The notes under the pieces are model-generated. The model was not told the origin of the DNA. It did no database searches and saw only the letters and a program-made list of their open reading frames with translations. This document shows, piece after piece, positions 54,626 to 64,000 of a DNA stretch of 64,000 bases. This DNA is from Camelus ferus (taxonomy: Eukaryota). The first letter of the stretch is position 1. Each line of letters starts with the position of its first letter. Made by a program: the position numbers and the translations under genes. Where the stretch lies: NCBI RefSeq assembly GCF_009834535.1, contig NC_045705.1, forward strand, positions 30,258,001 through 30,322,000. The letters run 5' to 3'.

Positions 54626-54716
54626 GGGGGGTGGGTATAGCTAAGCGGTAGAGCACATGCTTAGCTTACACAAGGTCCTGGGTTCAATCCCCAGTACCTC
54701 CAATTAAAAAAATTAA
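54626..54716 (+). mobile_element. Vic-1-type tRNA-derived SINE
   Basis: Full head and A tail; TSD aaaaagcaataca / aaaaggcaataca. Confidence 0.92.
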
Positions 54717-54728
54717 AAAGGCAATACA

Positions 54729-55500
54729 TACTATACGACCCAACAATTGCACTCTTAGGCATTTATCCCAGAGACCGTATATTCACACAAAAAAATCTGT
54801 ACACAAATGTTCACAGCAGCTTTATTCATAATAGCCACGAAGTGAGAAAAAGCTCAGATGTTCTTCACTGGGCAAGTGATTAAACAAAAGGAGGTACATC
54901 CAAACCATGGAATACTACTCAGCAATTAAAAAGAAAGGAACTACTGATACATGCAATTTGGATGACTCTAGCTAATTATGCTGAGTGAAAAAGGCCAATC
55001 CAAAAGGATATATAACATATGATTCTATTTACGTAACATTCTTGAAATGATAAAGGGAGACAGATTAGTGGTTGCCAAGGATAACAGACAGGGCTGGGGG
55101 AGTGGGAGGTACTGGGGATTGAACCCAGGACCTTGTGTATGCTAAGCATGTGCTCTACCACTTAGCTATACCCAGGAGTATTTTCCCTTGATTCTCTATG
55201 CAAAAGCTTTATTGCGATTTTATGCACTCCACTGTTTGGATCATTATTATTTGGGGGTAGGAGTGTCTATAAAAGGGCATCAGGAGAGATTCCTTGGGAT
55301 AGAAATGTTCTGTATCTTAACTGCATCAATGACAATATCCAGGTTGTGATGGTGTACTATGGTGCATGGTGTACTATGTAATATTTATAAAATGTTACCA
55401 TTAGGGGAAACTCAGTAAAGGGCAAACAGCATCTCTCTATTACTTCTTATAACCACATGTAAACCTACAATTATCTCAAAATAAAAAGTTGGATTAGGAA
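54729..55500 (+). mobile_element. Old L1M (L1MC-like) 3' region, interrupted at about 55105-55250
   Basis: gacccaacaattgcactcttaggcatttatcccagaga...atggaatactactcagcaattaaaaag...ctacaattatctcaaaataaaaagtt. Confidence 0.75.
55105..55174 (-). mobile_element. Tail-less Vic-1-type SINE head
   Basis: Reverse complement matches 54632-54701 at 68 of 70 positions. Confidence 0.9.
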
Positions 55501-57584
55501 AAAAGGTAACACAAAGGTAACACGTGCTTCTTGTAACAAGTAAAACAACAGTCTATAGCCAGTCTCCCTCCCTACTCTTCCCATTCCTACCCTCCTGAGA
55601 TAATCATGCAAGCTCACTGCTCATACAAACACGCATACATGCAAGTTTTTGTTCTCTGCATCAAAATGGGATCATATATACTACACATTACCCTGCAGCC
55701 TACCTTTTTCACTTATCACCACTACATCACAGAGAACTAAAAAAAACAAAAACAAAAACTTTAAGCGCCAAGTTGGATGGCAAATATAGAATATTTTCTG
55801 ACTGGGGTAAACCTGACAAATGTCTACCATGCTAATGTATGACAGCTGAGTCAGGTGCGCTCAGTGAGAGCAATACAGAAGTAGCATCTCAAAGAGATCT
55901 GCAAAAATGCAAGGTCTTTAGCAATTCTTCTAGGATCCCATCCCCCTCTCTGCCTCCTCCAGGGAACCATCCCGTGGGCTCACAGAGGAAGAAATGCTAA
56001 ATGATTTCTTTTCAGCAGAAAATTGCAAGAGAGGATAATTCTCCCACGTACTCAAGCCATAGCAAACAAACTCCCCTAAAAAATATATTCCTCCCTCAAG
56101 CAGAAGTGCAAAATATACTGTTGATAACATTTAAAACATACATTTGTAATAAAAGCATCTACCACTATTAAGTGCTAATGTTTTATGGACTCTGTTTCTC
56201 AAAGCCCCCCACCCCACCGCCATTTTGTAGACAAAAACCTGGCTCAGTGTGAAACTACTTGCCATAATCAAATAGCCAGTAAGTGGTAAAGCTGGCGTTC
56301 AAAGCTACAAGACGAGTGCTTTCCCAACTTTACCAGGTTTTTCTATAATATCATATGCCAACAGAAGAGGTTCAGTAAGTTCAATCAAGAGTATTTAGGC
56401 AGAAGCCATTTTCTAAATGTCTGCTGACTTTGATTCAACTTTTTTTTTTTCCATTTAGCGTATCTGAGAGGGACTATACTACGTGCCAGGACCTATTACA
56501 GGTGAAAGGGACAGCGAGGTGAAAACAAACACAACCCAGAAAAGGCCTCCAACCTCAAAGAGCTTTCAAACTGAACTACAATATACTGTTACTATTACTA
56601 CCATATTGAAATATGACAAGTGTTACTCTCAAGGGAGTACAAAGTGCTATGGGTTTGAAGACTCCAGCTATCATCCCAAAAGCAAGCGATAATCTCTCAC
56701 TCTAGCTTCCTTACAATTGTTTCTAGTTTCAATTCCGATCTGGTATTTTCCAAGTCACATATTTCTCTTCTTGATCCCTGGGCAAAAGGTTGCAATGTCC
56801 TTCTATACAAAATACTGCCCTGGACTTGTTCAATTAGTATGAACAGAAGCTTCCCAGATCAAATCAGCAGAAAGCTCCTTAATGCTGTAATTTTTTTTTG
56901 ATTTGGCAATGAAAATAAAGTATCTTTAACCTTTTTCATCAAATCATGGATGTACAAAGTTAAAGGTGACTTTGACATCACTTTGAGACTGAGATCTTAA
57001 AAAGTCAAATTCACTTTTCCATTGTGACCAGACTCACTCAGGGCAGTTGTCAGAAAAAGCCCAGGTCTCACAATTCACTTTATGGGGTTACTTTCCACTA
57101 CTGTTTCTTTCTTTTAAGTCCAATGAAAACAAACGTAGTGAGATTCAAGTTTTCTCATTTTCATCAATGACAGATGCACCTATGAATCTTGGGCAGTTTA
57201 AAGACTAACTTTATCAAAAACAAACATGCTAAGCACTCATGATGAGACATATTCAGAGGTAAAGGACTGCCTACCCTCGATATGGCAGAAGCTGTTCAGG
57301 CACTTGGGAGGGAAATGTCAACCCGCTAAAAAACTGCCAACAGCATCATCATCTTAGCAATAGGTAGTATTTTAGGTGTATCTACTATAAGCCAGGCACT
57401 CCTAGTATTTACATACTATTTCTTTATTTTTTCTTTTAACACCTTTATTGTGGTATGGTTCCTGTACAGTAAATTACACATATTTCAAAAGTATAGTTTG
57501 ATGAATTTTGATAGATGTATACACGAACGTAAACACTACCACCATCTAGATAGCTAACATTTCCATCACTCCCCAAGAGATGCA

Positions 57585-59530
57585 ATTTTTGAATTGCCAA
57601 TTTATCCCTTCCCACTCCCTTTACTTCCTGGTAACCATAAGTTTGTTCTCTGTCTTTGAGTCTGTTTCTGTTTTGTAGATAAGTTAATTTATGTCCTTTT
57701 TTTTTTTTTTCAGATTCCACATATAAGCAATATCATATGGCATTTTTCTTTCTCTTTCAGGCTTACTTCACTTAGAATGACAATCCCCAGGTCCATCCAT
57801 GTTGCTGCAAATGGTATTTTATTCTTTTTCATGGCTAAGTAGTATTCCACCATATGAGTGTGTATTTATGTTTGTGTGTGTGCATATATATATATACATA
57901 CACACCACCACTTCTTTATTCAGTCATCTGTTGATGGACATTTGGATTGTTTCCATGTCTTGGCTATCATAAACAGTGCTGCTATGAACACTGGGGTGTA
58001 TGTGTCTTTTTGAATTATATTTTTCTATGGGTCTACGCCCAGGAGTGGGATTGCCAGATCATATGTAAGTCTATTTTTAGTTTTTAAAGGAAAATCCATA
58101 CTGTCTTCCATAGTGGCTGCATCAATTTACATTCCCACCAACAGTGTAGGAGGGTCCTATTTTCTCCACACCCTCTCCAGCATTTATTGTTTGTACACTT
58201 TTCAATGATGGCCATTCTGACTGGTGTGAGGTGATATCTCATAGTTTTGATTTGCATTTCTTTAACAATTAGCGATGTTGAGCATTTTTCATGTGCTTGT
58301 TGGCCATCTGTGGGTCTTCTTTGGAGAGATGTCTGTTTAGGTCTTCTGCCCAATTTTTGACTGGGTTGCTTGGTTTTTTGATATGAAGGTGTATGAGCTG
58401 TTTGTATATTTTGGAAATTAGTCCTTTGTCATTCTTATCCTTCAGAAACATTTTCTCCCATTTTGTAGGTTATCTTTTCATCTTGTTGATGGTATCCAGA
58501 GCTGTGCAAAAGCTTTTAAGTTTAATTAGATCCCATTTGTTTATTTTTGTTTTTATTTCCATTACTCCAGGAGCTGGTTCAAAAAATATATTGCTGAGAT
58601 TTATGTCCAAGAGTGTTTTCTTTTTTTTTCCTTTTTTGGGGGGTGTGGGGGATTGGAAGATACCAAAGAAACTTTTGATTTCACCCAGTTAAACAGAGGT
58701 CACAAAAAAGCCAAGTAGTCCTGGGGGAGTAGGTATAGCTCAGTGGTAGAGCACCTGCTTAGCATGCAGGTGGTCCTGGTTCAATTCCCAGTTCCTCCAT
58801 TAAAAAAACAAACCAAGAAAACACTAGCTCTCAGATTCACATGTACAAAATAGACAACAAATGATTCCAGGGACTCATGGGCTCCAGTCAGAACTACAAC
58901 CTGTGAGTCACAAAGTCTCAGGGAAGTGACTCTGAAGCAGTTTATTTTAACAGCCCTGCGGTCCACAGGTGATTCCATCTCCTTCCCCCTCCTGCTCCAG
59001 TCCTGCCATGACAGTGACAGGAGCCAGCATGTGTGTCAGGAAGACACACATGATCTCTACTGCAGTGACTCCTGAAGCTCAGGAACAGCACAACAGCTCA
59101 CCACGTGGTCAGGGCCCAGGGTCTGCACCTGCCCAACCACATGTCCAAGAGTGTTCTGCCTATGTTTTCCTCTAGAAGTTTTATAGTACCTGGTCTTATA
59201 CATAAGTCTTTAATTCATTTTGAGTTTATTTTTGTATATGGTGTTAGAGAATGTTCTAATTTCAGTCTTTTACAGGTAGCTGTCCAGTTTTCCCAGCACC
59301 ACTTATTGAAAAGACTGTCTTTTCTCCGTTGTCTATTCTTGCCTCCTTTGTTGTAGATTAATTGATCATAAGTGCATGGGTTTATTTCTGGACTTTCTAT
59401 CCTGTTCCACTGATCTATGCATCTGTTTTTTGTGCTGGTACCATACTGTTTTGATTACTGTAGCTTTGTAGCACAGTCTGAAGTCAGGGAGTGTGATTCC
59501 CTCAGCTCTATTCTCTTTTTTCAAGATTCT
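57585..59530 (-). mobile_element. 5'-truncated LINE-1 (ORF2 C-terminus and partial 3' UTR), split by an insertion at 58618-59140
   Basis: ORFs 58084..58353 ([19 protein letters not shown]...KCWRGCGE...[19 protein letters not shown]) and 58269..58451 are frameshifted L1 ORF2 pieces. Confidence 0.93.
58618..59140 (-). pseudogene. Probable retrocopy of an unidentified transcript 3' end, containing a Vic-1-type SINE (about 58723-58810)
   Basis: 15-bp perfect TSD atgtccaagagtgtt at 58603-58617 and 59141-59155; T-rich tract at the left end; non-L1 internal sequence. Confidence 0.7.
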
Positions 59531-60837
59531 TTTGAAAATTTTCTATTTTATTCCTATTTCCTATCCTTAAAACAACTTGTAAGATAGGTGTTACACTGTA
59601 TTGTATATTTATGCACACCAGGTTTAAAGAAGAATCTCCAAATCTCACAGATACTCTGGAGCTGGGCTAGAACTCAGAGTCCTAAGCTCCCTAAGAACAG
59701 AGTAACTGCACTGCACATATGGTTATGATGTCAAGACACTTCAAACTTTGACAAAATTTCCTGATTGACAGTTATGCGATTTAGCTATCTTTTAAATCAT
59801 CAGACTGTTTTAATTAATTTTCTTTCATGATTCCATGAAAGTGGTCTTCCATGCTTTTTTTCTTCTCAACTTTTTTTTAAGAAGCAAACCCCTTTTTCCA
59901 AATGAAATCTTCTGTGTAAACACTAAAATATAAAACAGATCAAAGTTGAGCTGCTCTGGTTTAAGCAGAAAGGGAGAACCAAAGCTCTTTCTTACTCTCA
60001 TAGCCACCCCTTAGGCACCTCCAAAAATCACAGCTTGAAAAACACTGGCTTAATACAGAAAGAAGACTGCCTTCTCCATCTCAGCTTTGTCATTCACGGT
60101 CCATATGAGGACCAATGAACCTCAAAGCACAATTTTGATAAGAGACCTGAGATCCCTCAGGAGGCATCACTTTTTCTTGTCCTTTACAACAGAGATACCA
60201 CCATCCACTTTACAGGTTTCTTACAAATATTACATGGAAGAACAAATATAAATTCCCCAGCACATGGTAAGTATGCAAAAGTTGGCTCCCCTCCCTTTTA
60301 TCCCACAGTGTTAACAGTTGTCACCAATTCAAGAAAGCTCAATAAAATATATTTGATGGTATTTTCAGTAGCAGAGAAGTAAACAAGAAAATGCTCCCAT
60401 AGCTCAACTTAAATAAACAAACCTAACAAACCCTTCATTAAAGGTACCTATAATACAATGCCTCCTCCCAGCTTAGCCCAGTCAGTCAATGACCCATGGA
60501 TCTCAAAACATAATTTTGATAATAGACCTGAGAGCCCTTATGAGGTAACTTAATGTAGACTGTAAGTGTCAGGTGAATGAGTTAATGTTGTTCTGAGTAC
60601 CTTAAATTTGGCATTTCCTGAGCTAAGCACTTAAATTGGCAACTTAATACTGCATTTAATGAGTATTTTTATGTTCATGTTTTACTACAGAATCTAATGT
60701 TCATTTGCTCCTCTTCTGGGCTTCTATTTCTCCAGGCACCACAAGCCAAAAATATGTTGATATCATGTGGACCTTCACCTAAGCAATTTTAAACTGGCCA
60801 TTCCTAAACTAGTCATTAAGAATTTGTTAAACACCAG

Positions 60838-60900
60838 GCTATACACCAGAAACTAACACAACATTGTGATCCAACTATACTTCAATTAAAAAAAAAAAAG
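60838..60900 (+). mobile_element. LINE-1 extreme 3' tip with poly(A)
   Basis: gctatacaccagaaactaacacaacattgtg...ctatacttcaatt(a)n. Confidence 0.75.
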
Positions 60901-61813
60901 AAATGCAAAAAGAATCTATTATCTTAGTCTGTTATAGATAATGTGTTCCCTCTTCTACATGTAAAACAGGAGACCAAATACATTTTTAAAGGAAAGAGGT
61001 TCTCAGTCCCAATCTAAGCACAGCCAACTCTCAAATCACATACTCTACGGAAGCTGCAGGTGTTGGCTTTGATCCCTACAGCTTACGAAGAGTCATAACA
61101 ATAATATATCATACAGTCGTGAAAAGACTCAGTGATGATAAAGAACACATCCTTAAGCATTCGACATGGGAGCCAGGAAGATTCAGAGTGCTAATCTTCT
61201 ATTTTACCAGGAGACCCTGAGCAATTCACCTACTCTCTAATGATTATTTCTTCATAAGGAAAATGAAAATATACTCATTAAAATGCCAGGGATACTGTTC
61301 AACTAACCTTCAGCTATTTCCGAGGGTTACCAGGTACTTCAGCAAGTTACGTTTGTCATCTTCCTCATTTCTTAACAAGCCCACACCTAAGTCATCCCAG
61401 AAAGAGAATTATAAAGTCTTTAGGAAAGACATTTCACAGTCTTCCTCAGTAACATTCCAGTATCCTGTAGTCAGGAAGTTCTTTCTAATCTGTAATCTAT
61501 ATACTTTCTGTTGCAATTAAAATACATTCCTTCTTGTCTTGTCCACTATGGAAAGAGAACATCTGCTTAACACCACCTCAACAATATCCCTTCAAGAGAT
61601 TATAAAATATAGAAAGCCCATTTCAAACAGCTTCCTGTAAATGCAACATGGCCTTAAATGGGTCACCAAGACAAGATGATTAAGAGTCTTAAATTCTCAG
61701 CTCCATCACTGACTTGCTCTGAAGGTGATAGGAAGTTAAAATTATGCAGATGCTGTACTTCAATTATCCCTTCAGTAAAATACAAGTAACAAAACCAGTA
61801 TGTTAGAAGAACT

Positions 61814-62407
61814 CAATTCCTCAAAAAGTTAAACATACAGGAAAGAGATTCTCAATCCCAATCTAAGCCCAGCCGACAGCTCTCACATCACACACTATAT
61901 AAACTGCTGATGTTGGCTTTGATCCCTATAGTTTAGAAAGATTCTTAACAACTACATTACCATAGGGCTCTGCAATTCCACTCCTAGGTACATACCCAAA
62001 ACAACTGAAAACAAGTACATGCACATGCATATTTATAGTAGCACTGTTCATGATATCCAAAAAGTGGAAACAGTTCAAATGAATGGATAAATTATGGTAT
62101 ATACATACACAAAAGGTTACATATTGGATGATTCCATTTATATGAAATATCTAGAATAGATCAATCCATAGAGACAGAATGCAGATTGCTGGTTTCCAGG
62201 GTCTGGTGGAAGGGGGGAAATGAAAAGAAACTGCTCAACTGGAAAAGGTTTTACTTCGGAGTGATGGTAATGTTCTGCAACTAGACAGAGGAAGTGGCTG
62301 CACAACATTGTGAATGTACTAAATGCCACTAAATCATTCACTTTAAAATGGTTAATTTTGTATGATGTGAATGTTACCTCAATAAATTATTTAAAAATAA
62401 AAAAAAA
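61814..62407 (+). mobile_element. L1MB-like 3' region
   Basis: caattcctcaaaaagttaaacata...gcaattccactcctaggtacataccc...ctgcacaacattgtgaatgtactaaatgccact...ctttaaaatggttaatttt. Confidence 0.8.
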
Positions 62408-63084
62408 TGCTAGGAGAACTAATGGGGACAATTATCATAAAATGTTTAGCCTTTCCCAGGAAAGTCAGCATATAAAATTCTAGATAGAATGGTATCCAAA
62501 ATGTTTAATATTACCTCAGCATAGCCAGTTAGACTTTAAGCAAACAATATGTAAATGAGAAACAAAATAGAAACCAAAATAAAATCTAGAGTCACAATTA
62601 TATAGTATCCTATGTGGAAATAAGAGCAAATAAATAGGTGAATGAAAAGAGATAAAGTAAATAGCCAAGCACATCAGCTAATTAACTACAGCAACAATGA
62701 CCACAGGAAAGCAGTAAGAAAAATTTTAAAGTAAGGAATGAACCTTAAAAGCCAATAATATCAAAATAGAAAAGACCCATTAGGTAGGGAGGTGAAAATA
62801 GAAAGGCTAATGATAGCAAAGCTGAAAAGAACATAAACCCTTAAAGTCAGAGGCCACATATAAAGACCATGAGAACCGTTATCTCACCATCTTGCAAATA
62901 TCCTCATTCCCTCACTTCTTCCTGCTTTAATATCACCTCCTGGCAAGATACCAAGGCTAAGTAGCCAAGAACAGCAAAATGAAAAGATACTGTTGCTATC
63001 CTCACGGACTTTATGATATTACTTCTTAAACTCTTACTTCTTAGGGGGAGACAGACATGCTAATAATCAGAATACAGAGATCAT

Positions 63085-64000
63085 CTCCATTTCCTCCCTT
63101 TCCAAGTTTTAAACCCACTTCAGTCTAGATTCTGGCCCTACATTCCTCTAACGCTGTTCTTGCTATGTTCACCAATGATCTTTGTGTAGAAAAGTCCAAC
63201 AAAATACAGGTGATTACTGTCTTCTTGGAACATGCTCCTCTCTGTTTCTGAGATTTTCTCTCAAATTCCTTGGAGCTTGGTCCTGAGCACTCCTCTATTC
63301 CTAGTCTATACATTTTCCTCTGGGTAATCTCATCCATTTTCCTTGGCTGTAAATATCACCCTTATGCCAGGGGCATCCAGATTTATTTCCAACGTTATTA
63401 ACTCAAAGACTGCTCACTTCATGTCTCCACTTGTGTTATTTCACAGACATCTCACACTTAGTATGAGTAAAATTGAGGCCTTCATTCCACTCCCTAACTC
63501 TAGTCAAAAATTGACCCTCTTCCAGTGTTTCCAACTCAGAAATCACAACTTCATCCATCCAGATGCTCATGCCAGAAATCTGGGAATCATACTTGATACC
63601 ACTCTTTTCCCATATATTTAATCCATCATTAAGTCTTTCCTGTCCTAATTTTAAAATATCTACTGGATCTACTTCCCTCCATCTCCTCTACCTAAAGCCT
63701 AATCCGAATCATCATCATCTTCTGCCTGGACCACTATAAAACACTATTAGACTTCACCCACTTCTCTTTCCAAGTTTTCCACAATTTCCAATTTCTTCCC
63801 CAACAAATTTCCAAAAATATCCACAATGTAGCCAGGGTAATTTTTAAAAATCATATATTAGGTCACAACACTCATTCTTAAAACCTTCAAAGGCTTCCAA
63901 TTATACTTAGGGAAGAAATCCAAAATCCTTGACACAGTCCTGCCAAAGTCTCTATCCTCATCCTATGCCCCTCCCCATCCTCCCCAACTGCTCCCTGTAT
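63085..64000 (+). mobile_element. LINE-2 fragment
   Basis: gttcaccaatgatct...acagacatctcacacttagtatg...atgccagaaatctgggaatcatacttga...ttcttaaaaccttcaaaggcttcc. Confidence 0.65.

Noticed and set aside
31812..55522. Tiny tandem duplications (ttcacatctaatttg x2 near 31812, aaaagattcyacagaaaaa x2 near 45222, aaaggtaacac x2 near 55502)
   Set aside because: Ordinary slippage products; no repeat-spacer array, so not CRISPR-like
42684..64000. AMBRA1 promoter or first exon
   Set aside because: No CpG island in this stretch; the transcription start is probably beyond the right edge

Overview
Mammalian genomic DNA, most likely camelid, judged from tRNA-Ala-derived Vic-1-type SINEs and a recurring lineage-specific L1 3' end. 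The window lies inside the AMBRA1 gene on the minus strand. It holds the first coding exon (ATG at 42564) and the next seven exons: 2339 coding nt, codons 1-780, all GT-AG and phase-consistent. The non-coding first exon and the 3' exons lie outside the window. The rest is intronic, with L1, L2, MIR, hAT/Tc MITEs, MaLR/ERVL LTRs and SINEs; repeat family names come from recalled consensus sequences and their boundaries are approximate. No novel multi-gene system is evident. The best leads are gene-regulatory or structural: a candidate 46-nt frameshifting 'poison' exon just after exon 8, two uORFs (one stopping 5 nt before the main ATG), a 270-nt in-frame exitron, an unidentified TSD-flanked retrocopy inside an L1, a near-perfect inverted SINE pair, and short local templated duplications.
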